Positions 37,360-46,815 of a stretch of DNA of 54,056 bases are shown piece by piece. The DNA comes from Methanothrix sp. GTDB lineage: Archaea > Halobacteriota > Methanosarcinia > Methanotrichales > Methanotrichaceae. Every line of letters begins with the position of its first letter. Position 1 is the stretch's first letter. The stretch is taken from the NCBI GenBank assembly GCA_026394505.1, contig JAPKYC010000300.1:1-54056 (forward strand). The letters run 5' to 3'. The translations under genes and the position numbers were made by a program. Below the pieces are notes generated by a model that was not told the DNA's origin, made no database searches, and saw only the letters and a list, made by a program, of their open reading frames with translations.

Positions 37360-39510
37360 TCAAGTGCAGTGCTTTCCCAGTTCCGCCTCTGTCACCAGCC
37401 TTCCGATCTTCGCATATTCCCTACGAGCGGCATGCATTATGTGCCCCATGCTTATCGCCGATCCCTCATCAGCAGCCAGGAAGGCTGCATTCAGGCTGAT
37501 GTTCCTGATGTTTCCTCCTGAGATCTCCATCCTGGCGAGCAGGTCATAGTCCAGGCCATCCAGATCTGCCTCCGGCGGAAAGGCCTTCTGCCAGATCATC
37601 AGCCTCCGGGCATAGTCTGGGAGAGGCAGATCGACGAGAAACCGCAGGCGGCGGAGGAATGCCTGGTCGAGAGCCGACTTCCTGTTGGTCGCCAGAATCG
37701 CCAGCCCGCTGTATTCCTCCATTCTCTGCAAGAGATAGTTTACCTCGATGTTCGCATATCTGTCGTGGCTGTCCTTCACCTCGGTGCGCTTGCCAAATAG
37801 CGCGTCGGCCTCGTCGAAGAAGAGCACAGCGCCACTGCTCTCAGCGGCGTCGAATATCCTCTTCAGGTTCTTCTCCGTCTCCCCGATGTACTTGCTCACG
37901 ACGCCTGCAAGGTCAATCCTGTAGAGATCCAGACTGAGATGACGGGCCAAGACCTCTGCAGCCATAGTCTTTCCTGTACCGCTCGGCCCGGAGATGAGGG
38001 CATTGATGCCACGGCCCCGGTTCAACCTCCTCCCAAAGCCCCAGTCATCGTAAACCCGTTGTCTGTTCTCGACCTGAGATGAGATCTCTTGAAGCTGCTG
38101 CAATGCATCAGATGGCAGGACGATATCGTCCCAGCAGGCCACGGGTGAGATCTTCTGGGCCAGATCGTGCATGTTCAATCCAGCCTGCTCCTTACAGGCC
38201 AGCCAGATGTCCTCAGCCTCTGGCACCGTTGCGCCACGGAGTCCGGCCTTCAACCTTGCGGTCTTGGCGGCCCGAACTGTATCATGAGGCCCAAAAGCGA
38301 ACTGCTCTGCTTCCTTTCCGAGAAGGCCGTCCAAGTGTCCGCCTTTGATCTGCAAAGCCTGCTTCCAGAGGTCGAGACGGTCTCCCGCATCAAGTCCTGG
38401 AACCTCGACCGACAGAGTCCCCCTCTCGAAGTGGCGGTGCCTCGTGCTGCCAATTATCATGAAGACCTCCGCCTGCTCAATGAACTCCATGGCTCTGGCC
38501 TCATTCTCCGGGGGGCCGCCATCAGGAAGCTCGATGTAAAATGTCGCTCCGGCGAGGATGCTCTCTCGTTCCAGCAACTGGACCATCTCCTGCAGATCGG
38601 CGCCCAGTGCCGGGAGCCTCGTGGTATCCATGCTGAAGATCTGGATTCCAAGGCGGCTGGAGATCTCAGCGGCCACAGCCCTCCTGCCAGTACCCTTCGC
38701 TCCGACGAGGTTAAGAGATGTGAGACAGCTTTCCCTCACCTCAGATTTCATCCACTGCTCAATGCTCTCCAAAAGGCGAAAATGAGAGTGAGTGAGAGGC
38801 GCAGGCGAAAGAGGCCTAAGCAATCCCAGGAGCTTCTCATCTGGATGGTTGAATCCAAGGATATAATCTGTAACCCTCTCATCCATTCTCAGCGGCTGAA
38901 GCGCCCAAGCCCCGGCTCCGGGATCGAGGACTATCAGGTGGAACCTTCGTAAAGTGGCCCCGGCCATGAGGCTCCTTCGTTCCTCCATCTCGGCCCCTTC
39001 TTCCCCAAAGATCTCCAGGGCCAGGCTGGGTGTTGGGTATTTTCTGTTTAGGTCGTCCTGAATATAGGCGATAAGCCTCTCGAAGGAGGGGTCCATCTCA
39101 TGGGCGAAGGCGAGGAGTAGCACATCCCTCTCGAATGATGTGAGCTGAAAGAGGTCTGCCAGGAGATCGAGGGGCAATTGAATCCCAGCCTCTGTAGCAG
39201 CCTCTCGCGCATCCTCTATACTCATCCCCACTTCAGCGAGGCACTCATCTATTCTGCAGATCTCAGAGCTCTTCTCGTAGAACTCCGCCTCGGCTTTGCA
39301 TCGCTCTGAAAGCAGCCAGTCGAACCTGTCATCGCTTATCACCATCCCTGTATAGCTTTGGAGTGGATCGCTCTTCCACTCATGCCTCAGCCACATAGCC
39401 CGGCGCTGTAACAGGAGCTTCAGCCGCTGCATCTCGCTCTGGATGTAGCCGCGGTTTAGATCTGCCTGGGTACTCTCTTGGGACCTGATCTCTCCCTGGA
39501 GGAAACTCAT
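37360..39510 (-). CDS. eCIS AAA+ ATPase (Afp15/Pvc15-like)
   Basis: N-terminal winged helix, degenerate first AAA (GAKGTGR), GPSGTGKT, VVSKYIGETEKNL, FFDEADALFGKR, DRYAN.EVNYLLQRME. Confidence 0.95.
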   Translation of the reverse strand: MSFLQGEIRSQESTQADLNRGYIQSEMQRLKLLLQRRAMWLRHEWKSDPLQSYTGMVISDDRFDWLLSERCKAEAEFYEKSSEICRIDECLAEVGMSIEDAREAATEAGIQLPLDLLADLFQLTSFERDVLLLAFAHEMDPSFERLIAYIQDDLNRKYPTPSLALEIFGEEGAEMEERRSLMAGATLRRFHLIVLDPGAGAWALQPLRMDERVTDYILGFNHPDEKLLGLLRPLSPAPLTHSHFRLLESIEQWMKSEVRESCLTSLNLVGAKGTGRRAVAAEISSRLGIQIFSMDTTRLPALGADLQEMVQLLERESILAGATFYIELPDGGPPENEARAMEFIEQAEVFMIIGSTRHRHFERGTLSVEVPGLDAGDRLDLWKQALQIKGGHLDGLLGKEAEQFAFGPHDTVRAAKTARLKAGLRGATVPEAEDIWLACKEQAGLNMHDLAQKISPVACWDDIVLPSDALQQLQEISSQVENRQRVYDDWGFGRRLNRGRGINALISGPSGTGKTMAAEVLARHLSLDLYRIDLAGVVSKYIGETEKNLKRIFDAAESSGAVLFFDEADALFGKRTEVKDSHDRYANIEVNYLLQRMEEYSGLAILATNRKSALDQAFLRRLRFLVDLPLPDYARRLMIWQKAFPPEADLDGLDYDLLARMEISGGNIRNISLNAAFLAADEGSAISMGHIMHAARREYAKIGRLVTEAELGKHCT

Positions 39511-39520
39511 TGTCTGCCTC

Positions 39521-40762
39521 TCATGGTATGACCAGGGCGCGCTCAGCCAGACCCTCCACACCATTCACACTAACCCTCACGAAATACTCCCCCATCATCA
39601 GGGAGGCCGGCAGATCGAAGGCTATCTTCTTCGGAGTCTTCGGATCGTATGCAATCGATTGTGTCACTGCATCCCCTATGATGGTCATGCACGCCCCCTC
39701 CTTCTGGGAATCAAAGAGCCTCTCTCCGGTGATCTGCAGCCTTCGCTTGTTAGGGCTGAGGGTGGTTAAAAGGAGGTCATCGATCTTTGGCACCAGCATG
39801 AATACGGCCATATTTGACTGCAGGGCAGAGTGCTCCATAGCGGGCTCTCCCATCATCAGGTCCACGACAACCCTCAGTGTCTTGGGCCCTGGCTGCAGAT
39901 CCTCGTGATCAGGGATGGGGACTAAAATCCGGTCCTCGGGGCCAGTCATGGCCTCGGCCTCAACAGAGCCCAGGAATACCCTTGATCTGGCCGGAAACTT
40001 GCCACCGCAGACGACCAGGGTGTCGCCTATGCCAGCATAAGGAGCCGTCCTCTGCCTGCCAGGATCACCCTTTATAATCACCCTCAATTCCTCTATCCAG
40101 GGCCTCTTAAAGGACGAGGCGTAGATCCTCGGACCACCAGATGGAAGGGCTCCTACAGGAATGGGGAGTCTCTTTGGCCTCTGGCTCTCTATCTGAATAA
40201 CGCTCACTTTGTAGGCCACAGATAGTCGGTAGGGCTTTACGAGCGCCGTCCAGATCTTTATCAGATCCTCAAGGCTCATTGGGTCCGGGTAGATCTTGAC
40301 ATTCTCGAACTGCCCCCGGAGACTGTCATCCAGGATGCTTTTTTGCAGACCTGCGGGCAGATTATTGTGGATCTTGTAGAGCCCCTCGGTTATGAGTGAG
40401 TAGTCGTGAAGAACCCTCATGGCATCTCCCAGGATTGTCTGAGCCTCTGAATCGCTGTCCTCCCCATCACCGAATGCTGTTAGCAGATAGTGCAAGTCGA
40501 GGGAGAGCATGGGAATACCCGATCCCGAAGCCAAGAGCATCTCCTGGTTCTTGAGATGAGGATTCTCAGTGACCCTATACAGAAACAGATTGACCCTTGC
40601 GCCCTCCCCAGCACCGGTCTGAACATCAGGAGGAGCTATCGTTACTGGGACCGCCTCAGCCTCCTTCGCATCCGTCTTCCTGTACTCCATCCTATCAGAG
40701 AGCAGGTTTCGAAGGGTGGCGCTCACCCCATTTAGAACTGTGTAGGTCCTCTGGTTGCCCAT
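39521..40762 (-). CDS. DUF4255 (Afp16/Pvc16-like) tail cap/terminator with C-terminal IPT-like domains
   Basis: VNLFLYRVTEN..L.N, LDLHYLLTAF, LG.AM..LHD, L.KIW, YRLSVAYKVSVIQI. Confidence 0.9.
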   Translation of the reverse strand: MGNQRTYTVLNGVSATLRNLLSDRMEYRKTDAKEAEAVPVTIAPPDVQTGAGEGARVNLFLYRVTENPHLKNQEMLLASGSGIPMLSLDLHYLLTAFGDGEDSDSEAQTILGDAMRVLHDYSLITEGLYKIHNNLPAGLQKSILDDSLRGQFENVKIYPDPMSLEDLIKIWTALVKPYRLSVAYKVSVIQIESQRPKRLPIPVGALPSGGPRIYASSFKRPWIEELRVIIKGDPGRQRTAPYAGIGDTLVVCGGKFPARSRVFLGSVEAEAMTGPEDRILVPIPDHEDLQPGPKTLRVVVDLMMGEPAMEHSALQSNMAVFMLVPKIDDLLLTTLSPNKRRLQITGERLFDSQKEGACMTIIGDAVTQSIAYDPKTPKKIAFDLPASLMMGEYFVRVSVNGVEGLAERALVIP

Positions 40763-40775
40763 GAGACAGACACCC

Positions 40776-41837
40776 CTAATACTCCCAGCTCATGTAGCTC
40801 CTGATCATATCATAACCCTGGAAGCCTGACGGCCGCTGCCCGGAGGGCTGTTTTGGCGGCGGAGCCTCCGCATGAATTTCCAGTGTGCCAATTCTCACAT
40901 GAACTGTGCCGGGCTCTTGAGGTGTGAGCTTCTCAGGAATATTCAATGGATGAATAGGCGATGCAATCTCCGCTGAACTGACCCGACAGGAGCCATCCTC
41001 CTCCAAAAGGTCAGAATGCGTCGGCCTTTGGTGACGCTCCACAGATGCAGCCTTCTCCTGGGCCCCCGACCTTTTATCCCCCTTAACTCCAAAAGCCTGC
41101 TGGTCCTCCTCAGAGGAGACCGTTGGGCGGGCCATCTCGCCGCCAATGTCGCTGGATCCAGCCAGAGGCTTCAGAGATCGGGATTGATCAAGATCTCCCC
41201 TGCCTCTGTGAAGGTCCTGATCTATCGGCAGGACCTTTGCGGGTGCTGGAGACTGCGGCAGGCCATCATCCAGCAGTGCCCTGGACTGCCCAGTGACCGG
41301 GACATGTGCATCATTGCTGGCATTACTAGCGGCATCATCGTATTTGGCCAGCGCATCGCCATCGATGACATAACCTGCTGTGGTTTTTTTGGCATTCATC
41401 GCGCCCTCATCTGTATAATCCCTGGCCCCGATCTCCCCAGTCTCATCCGCCTCAACAGAGGTCGGCTTTGCTGCATTCGCCCACCCTCCGCGAGAGGGCT
41501 CTAGCCATCTCTCGTCCGAACTCGCGCCCTCGGCCTCTCCTGGCGGCCTCTTCATCTCATCAGGCTGGTGGACCTCGGGTGTGCCGGGGCCGCTCTTCGC
41601 GGCCCGGATGATGTAAGTGGGCGCGGATTGGCCATCATTCGCAGCCCCAACAGGCATTTCCTGAGCATCACCCGTCTGAGATGGAGGCGGCTTAGACTGG
41701 TGCCCCGGACCCCTGCCTCCCCCTCTGATCGTGGCCGGCCCTGGCGCGAAATAAGGGATGAACCTAGGGCGAACGGCTAGGGTCTCCAGCCCTGCGGCTC
41801 GCAAGACGAGGGTGTGGATTAAATCTCCTCTAGTCAT
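40776..41837 (-). CDS. Largely disordered eCIS protein
   Basis: P/G/A/D/E-rich middle; short conserved-looking ends (VRPR....FAP; VHVRIGTLEIHAE). Confidence 0.7.
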   Translation of the reverse strand: MTRGDLIHTLVLRAAGLETLAVRPRFIPYFAPGPATIRGGGRGPGHQSKPPPSQTGDAQEMPVGAANDGQSAPTYIIRAAKSGPGTPEVHQPDEMKRPPGEAEGASSDERWLEPSRGGWANAAKPTSVEADETGEIGARDYTDEGAMNAKKTTAGYVIDGDALAKYDDAASNASNDAHVPVTGQSRALLDDGLPQSPAPAKVLPIDQDLHRGRGDLDQSRSLKPLAGSSDIGGEMARPTVSSEEDQQAFGVKGDKRSGAQEKAASVERHQRPTHSDLLEEDGSCRVSSAEIASPIHPLNIPEKLTPQEPGTVHVRIGTLEIHAEAPPPKQPSGQRPSGFQGYDMIRSYMSWEY

Positions 41838-42700
41838 CTCCTCTCCCTCTCCTCCTCGATTAGATCCAGGTATCTCCGCCTTCGTCCTGGCGATAGCCCG
41901 AGGATCTCATGTTCGCTCCAGTGATAATGAATGGCAATTGTGTGGACCTCCCTGTAGATGTGCTCAGACCTCATCGCCAGCTCCTGCGAGAGGTAGCCTG
42001 CTGTGTCGAATATCGTCGAGTACCGGCCATTGCAAAATGGACAGACCAGGTCGAGCCGGAGTTCAGACTGAGGGTCCAGATACGCCATGGCCTGAGAGAT
42101 CAGGCTGGCCAGCCGCGGGGAGATCTTCTCGACCGATCTACCCTCCCCATTGGAGATCTCCAATATGCAGCTACGAAGGAAAAGATCTGCTGCTGCCTCA
42201 TCATCCACGAGGGCCAATCCGGCGGCCGCCTCCTGGTCTGAGCCTGTTGGGAGACGGAAGCGAACTCTCCAGGATTGTCCGCCATCTTCAAAGACCGCCT
42301 CGTGATACCTGAGTTCACAAGGATAAGGGGAAAGGATAAGGCTGCTGGTCGAAAGCTCGATCTCCATAGTCTCGCCACAATCCCTGTTTGGGCAGACAAG
42401 GGTGCACTGCATCCTCTCCCCAAACATCAGCCTTCGCAAGTGGAGGAGCAGAGCTTCGCGGTCACCTGCGCAAAGGGATCGGATAAGATCTTCATCCACA
42501 TCATGCCGAGGCCCAATTCCTGCCAGGCATCTTGCAAGAATGGCAGTCGTCCATTGGGCAGGCAGAAAGCCATTGCCGATCTCATAGAGGAATGCCTCGT
42601 CATCTCCTGGAAGAAGGCGAATCCTAGCCTCCCGGAAGCATTCTCCATCGATCCAGCAGCCGCTCGGAAGAATGACATTCACTTCGTTGCTCATATTCAC
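41834..42700 (-). CDS. T4 gp26-like hub/tail assembly chaperone fused to a DUF6760-like C-terminus
   Basis: LP.G, GDREALLL.LRR..FG, CPNRDC, FRLPTG.DQ, DPQ, CPFC; YREVH.IA.HYHWSE.EIL.L...RRRRY. Confidence 0.8.
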   Translation of the reverse strand: MNMSNEVNVILPSGCWIDGECFREARIRLLPGDDEAFLYEIGNGFLPAQWTTAILARCLAGIGPRHDVDEDLIRSLCAGDREALLLHLRRLMFGERMQCTLVCPNRDCGETMEIELSTSSLILSPYPCELRYHEAVFEDGGQSWRVRFRLPTGSDQEAAAGLALVDDEAAADLFLRSCILEISNGEGRSVEKISPRLASLISQAMAYLDPQSELRLDLVCPFCNGRYSTIFDTAGYLSQELAMRSEHIYREVHTIAIHYHWSEHEILGLSPGRRRRYLDLIEEERERR

Positions 42701-43224
42701 GTCGGAGGCTCATTATAACTTGGCTCTGTGGGCTCTTTCACTTCGTAGTCCCTCTCCCAGCCCTCGTTCTCAAGCTTGATCGTCTCTATAGCCACGGCGT
42801 TGGCGCTGGCATCCAGAGCCGGAAGCGCCTGGTATTCGGAGACCCAGCAGCGAAAGACCTTGTAGGCAAGGACCTTTTGGCCGGCCTCGTTGTATACCTC
42901 TATGATTATGTCTTTGCGAAAATCTTTGAGGGAGACCTCAGAGCCAAGACCTGAGCCGTAGTTCCATACCTTGTTCGCCCACTTCTCAAACTCTGTATCG
43001 TGAGTGATGCCTCGCTCCAGAGTGATAGCATCGTACTTTGTCCTTCCGGGAGACTTCCGGTCACTGCTCGGATCGCCTCCCTCGCGATAGGTAACTGGAT
43101 CGGTCGTCCTCTTTAAAGCACCTACCTTGCTGACTCCCGCCACATATCTTCCTTCCCACTTGACCCTGAACTTGAACGATTTATATGGATCGAACCTCAG
43201 GGGATTGACGCTGAACTGTGCCAT
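42697..43224 (-). CDS. Tail tube protein (T4 gp19-like)
   Basis: RFDPYK.FKFRV, YREGGD, PGRTKY..ITLERG, RKD..I, CWVSEY, VAIE...L.NEGWE. Confidence 0.96.
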   Translation of the reverse strand: MAQFSVNPLRFDPYKSFKFRVKWEGRYVAGVSKVGALKRTTDPVTYREGGDPSSDRKSPGRTKYDAITLERGITHDTEFEKWANKVWNYGSGLGSEVSLKDFRKDIIIEVYNEAGQKVLAYKVFRCWVSEYQALPALDASANAVAIETIKLENEGWERDYEVKEPTEPSYNEPPT

Positions 43225-43233
43225 AAATCCTCC

Positions 43234-46200
43234 TCAAGTCTGAATCTGTCCAGCAATCTGCTGAATCTTGATTATTACAAACTCTGCCGGCTTTAGGGGG
43301 GCGAAGCCAACCAGGATGTTGACAATTCCCTTATCCCTGTCGGTCTGAGTGGTTGTGTCTTTGTCGCATTTGACAAAGTAGGCCTCGCGGGGAGATCCTC
43401 CCTGGAAGGCCCCTTTACAAAAGAGGTCATGCATGAAGGCTCCAACGTTCAGCCTGATCTGGGCCCAGAGCGGCTCGTCGTTCGGCTCAAAGACCACCCA
43501 TTTGAGTGCGCGAAAGAGGCTCTCCTCTATGTAGAGCGCCGTTCTTCGGATGGGGATATACTTCCACTCCGATGTCAGGACATCAGCCCCACGCAGCGTG
43601 CGGGCCCCCCAGACGACAGATCCGATTATCGGGAATGTTCTCAGACAGTTTACCCCCAGAGGATTGAGAAGACCGTTCTCCTTGTCGGTCAGCCTGTAGA
43701 CCAGGGAGTTCACACCTGAGAGGGTTGCATCCTGGCCTGCAGGAGCCTTCCAGACACCCCTCGTTGAGTCAGTCCGGGCGAAGATCCCTGCGATGATCCC
43801 ACAAGGCGGGAACTCTTTTAGCCTGTTCTCCTCCAGGGGATCACTCATAACCACCCGCGGGAAGTAGAGTGCAACGTTCTCTGATCTCAGGGGATCGAAG
43901 GTCCCAAGATCCTCCAGGGCTTTGTCGAAGTTGTTCCATGCCGTGGGGCAGTCGGCTATCAGGAACGCTCGATTCTGTTTGCAGAAGGCTGCGGCCTTGA
44001 CAAGCGTATCGACTTCCTCTGCTTCAGGGAGGCAGAGGAGGTTAAATATATCCACGTCCAGCAGGGCATAAATGCCAGTCTTCTTTGCCTCATTGCCCAC
44101 CAGGTCGATATCTTCAGGCTTTGAGCCATCATTGCCGGGCTTTGCCCCCTTCTGAGCAGCCAGAGTTTTGCCTGTTCCAAGCGTGTAGGACTTGACATTG
44201 GCTATGTTATCACTAAGATGAAGGTCGTTTGCACAGTTGTCGATGACGGCCTTTTGGATGCTCCACAGGGCTCCATCCCACTTGAGAATGGTCCCGAGGT
44301 CGCCAACTATCCAGATATTGCTGCTGTCTATGTATTTTATTCCACAAAAATTGCTATACATGCCCACTGGCAGCGGCTCAGGATCCCATTTCGTCCCTGT
44401 ATCTTTGGTCTTGATTACCGTAGAGTCATCGCCTACAGCCCATCCTTCATTAGCAGCATTGAAATACACACTTCGCAATGCGGAAGTGATGCCTTTTGGC
44501 AGGTTGATTTTATTGGTCGTTAGTTTTCCTAATTGATCATTGACTATGTGCAGAATTGTGGAGTTCTCACCTACAGCCCAGATATCATCTGCAGACCTTG
44601 CATGGATGCCATAGAGATTAAACTCCACACCTTTGAGGGAGAATGTCTCCACTTTTAGCTTCATGTTACTTTCATCAATTGTGAACTTGGCGATGAGGCC
44701 ATTCTCGCCTGCTGCCCATGCCTCATCTGAAACAGCAGAAATCGCCATTAGATTTGCCTTGAAGGTGGTTGGTGTGATGTCTGTTATCTCCACCCAGGTT
44801 TCGCCCTTGTCCTTGCTGTAGATGATCTTATTCTCGCCAACAATCCATCCTTTATTGCCAGAAAAGCTTACACTCCGCAATCCTGCAGCCATATTTGGCA
44901 TCGACTTTTCAGTCCATGTAACTCCTCCACCTGTTATGAGTAGGATCGTTCCCCTCTCACCAACTGCCGTCGCTGTACTTGCGTCAATGGAAGAAACACC
45001 ATAAAGATCCTCTTTAACACCTTCCTTGGATTTGCATGATGACCATTCTTTTCCGCCATCTTCAGTGTAGAGAATCGCTGCCTGTTCACCAACCGCCCAG
45101 CCAATTGTTTGGTTAAAAAATGACACAGCAGCGAGGTTCTTGAGGACCCTGTCGTTCTCTATCTTTATGACAGAGTTCTTATCTTCTGCTCCAGAGAGAA
45201 TCTGGATGGAGCTTCCTAGAATTTTACATGTTGTGCCCATAAAGCATGCAGACCCAGCCTGCTTGGCATTGATAGCCCTTATCTTGCTCTGTAATAACTT
45301 GGCTAGCTCCTCCAGATTATTGGGGAGAAGGTCCTTTCCATCTGCAAAGAGGCTGATACTATGTGGCCCGTCACCATCTATGCTCACTAGTATTTTGTTC
45401 TCTTTTTTGCTGAAAATGTTCTTAAAAACAATGTTGTTCAGATCTCCGCTGAGAGTCCCATTAGGAGCGGGGCGGATATGAGCAGCAGCATCTATTTCCC
45501 TGCCGCCGTTGGCGACTCCCAGGCCCAAGACCCTGGCCGCATCCAGGGTATCTGCGCTTGTGACCCTAACGAATGATTCTATAGATGCATCCCCTGAGGT
45601 GAGGATTAGTTCTCCCATTTTATTAACATCATAAGTGCACGTAAAATCTATGTAAGCTGGTGTCTTACCTAGTTTCTTCACTTCATTCTCAATGAGACCC
45701 CTCAGCTCATCCGGAGTCTTAGGCTTATTGATATCGTTCCCATCGTAGATCTTTACAGTTCTGGGTCCGTCATTCTCATTGAGGATTATCATGAACTGCA
45801 GGCAACCCTTGTTAAGTTTGGATAGATTAACAGGCGAGCCGCTGATGCTCTGGCCGTTTTTCTTAGCGACACTGTCGAAGGCCGCTTTTTTAATCTCAAC
45901 ATCTATTATATTTGAGGCACTCTTGAGGACATTTTCAGCGCTCCGCTTGGAGAGAGGATTCATGGAAAGGCCTATGTAGAACTCAGATCTGCCCGTGATC
46001 ATATCTTGAATACTTAGATTAAATGTGCTCTGAGGATGGGCCGTCATGTAGTCCACCGTGATCGTTATTCCATTAGCCCACTCACCGGGGTCCTTTGCAA
46101 AAACATCCAGGACATCAGAGCCTGCCAAGCTTTTAAGGGTAATTCTGGCCTCTGAAGCAGTGTTTTTCTCAGTTACACGAACAACAATCGCCCTTTCCCC

Positions 46201-46431
46201 GCCGTTCAAAAAAAATTGTTGTACAGCGTAGCTGAGCGGGCTATCCCTTGATAGTCCGCCGAATTTGCGCTCGAAGTCCGCGAAACTCAGCACGTCCTGG
46301 GCCTTGTTCAGAGGCCCCATCTTCGTGTAGCCCACAAAGGCCGTTACCGATGTGCTGACGCCCATAATGGTTCGAACACCGCTGGGGATCTCTTCAATAT
46401 ATACTCCTGGATATGTCAATTGTGCCGGCAT
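43234..46431 (-). CDS. Contractile tail sheath protein with large insertions (two related modules plus a 7-blade beta-propeller)
   Basis: TYPGVYIEE, FFLNGG, ALYFP, RGVWKAPAG, LNPLGVNCLR, WGARTL, WKYIPIRR, VFEPN, GFAPLKPAEFV. Confidence 0.96.
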   Translation of the reverse strand: MPAQLTYPGVYIEEIPSGVRTIMGVSTSVTAFVGYTKMGPLNKAQDVLSFADFERKFGGLSRDSPLSYAVQQFFLNGGERAIVVRVTEKNTASEARITLKSLAGSDVLDVFAKDPGEWANGITITVDYMTAHPQSTFNLSIQDMITGRSEFYIGLSMNPLSKRSAENVLKSASNIIDVEIKKAAFDSVAKKNGQSISGSPVNLSKLNKGCLQFMIILNENDGPRTVKIYDGNDINKPKTPDELRGLIENEVKKLGKTPAYIDFTCTYDVNKMGELILTSGDASIESFVRVTSADTLDAARVLGLGVANGGREIDAAAHIRPAPNGTLSGDLNNIVFKNIFSKKENKILVSIDGDGPHSISLFADGKDLLPNNLEELAKLLQSKIRAINAKQAGSACFMGTTCKILGSSIQILSGAEDKNSVIKIENDRVLKNLAAVSFFNQTIGWAVGEQAAILYTEDGGKEWSSCKSKEGVKEDLYGVSSIDASTATAVGERGTILLITGGGVTWTEKSMPNMAAGLRSVSFSGNKGWIVGENKIIYSKDKGETWVEITDITPTTFKANLMAISAVSDEAWAAGENGLIAKFTIDESNMKLKVETFSLKGVEFNLYGIHARSADDIWAVGENSTILHIVNDQLGKLTTNKINLPKGITSALRSVYFNAANEGWAVGDDSTVIKTKDTGTKWDPEPLPVGMYSNFCGIKYIDSSNIWIVGDLGTILKWDGALWSIQKAVIDNCANDLHLSDNIANVKSYTLGTGKTLAAQKGAKPGNDGSKPEDIDLVGNEAKKTGIYALLDVDIFNLLCLPEAEEVDTLVKAAAFCKQNRAFLIADCPTAWNNFDKALEDLGTFDPLRSENVALYFPRVVMSDPLEENRLKEFPPCGIIAGIFARTDSTRGVWKAPAGQDATLSGVNSLVYRLTDKENGLLNPLGVNCLRTFPIIGSVVWGARTLRGADVLTSEWKYIPIRRTALYIEESLFRALKWVVFEPNDEPLWAQIRLNVGAFMHDLFCKGAFQGGSPREAYFVKCDKDTTTQTDRDKGIVNILVGFAPLKPAEFVIIKIQQIAGQIQT

Positions 46432-46763
46432 TAATATTCGCCTCTTTTCATCATAATCTTTCGAAATGCTGTAACCAAGATCTCACCATCAGAAAGCTTC
46501 CCATCTGATTTAATTCCGTCAACCTCAATTAGAAATCTCTCGATAGCTTCGTAATCCATTTTCTTAATCTCTGCAAACTTCATTGCAGTAATCTTCAATT
46601 CCTTCTTGGAAGAATACCTCTTAGGCATCTTTCCCTCTAAAGAATCGAAAATAAGCCCACAATTCCTGTGCCCAATTGTCGAAGTCGAAGGATTTGCAGA
46701 TGGTTTGATATATGCTTTAAATGTGCAACCTTCAACGAACTCGCCACATTCACATAGAATCAT
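46431..46763 (-). CDS. Small Cys/His protein, first gene of the eCIS operon
   Basis: MILCECG...IGHRNCG; GGAGGGG RBS; stop overlaps the sheath ATG (TAATG). Confidence 0.75.
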   Translation of the reverse strand: MILCECGEFVEGCTFKAYIKPSANPSTSTIGHRNCGLIFDSLEGKMPKRYSSKKELKITAMKFAEIKKMDYEAIERFLIEVDGIKSDGKLSDGEILVTAFRKIMMKRGEY

Positions 46764-46796
46764 TCGAACCCCTCCAATAAGGCCAAGAAGAAAGGG

Positions 46797-46815
46797 CTCC
46801 TCTCATCGAGAGGAG
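46797..46815. promoter_or_regulatory. Inverted repeat in the eCIS leader
   Basis: CTCCTCTC-atc-GAGAGGAG, 34-52 nt upstream of the first gene. Confidence 0.45.

Larger units (their letters stand above)
18176..46763 (-). other. Extracellular contractile injection system (eCIS / phage-like protein translocation structure) gene cluster
   Basis: Co-oriented sheath, tube, gp26-like, DUF4255 cap, AAA ATPase, 3x DUF4157, tube initiator, LysM, gp27-like, gpV spike, gp25, 2x baseplate J, tail I-like and DUF6519; no head or packaging genes. Confidence 0.93.

Noticed and set aside
38167-38952. 261-aa plus-strand ORF and other antisense ORFs across the eCIS
   Set aside because: Shadows of well-supported minus-strand genes in GC-rich DNA
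18176-46431. Prophage / provirus
   Set aside because: No capsid, portal, terminase, integrase or replication genes; the DUF4255, AAA ATPase and DUF4157 set is characteristic of eCIS
18176-46431. Type VI secretion system
   Set aside because: Single-chain sheath, gp19-type tube, and no TssJLM membrane complex or ClpV
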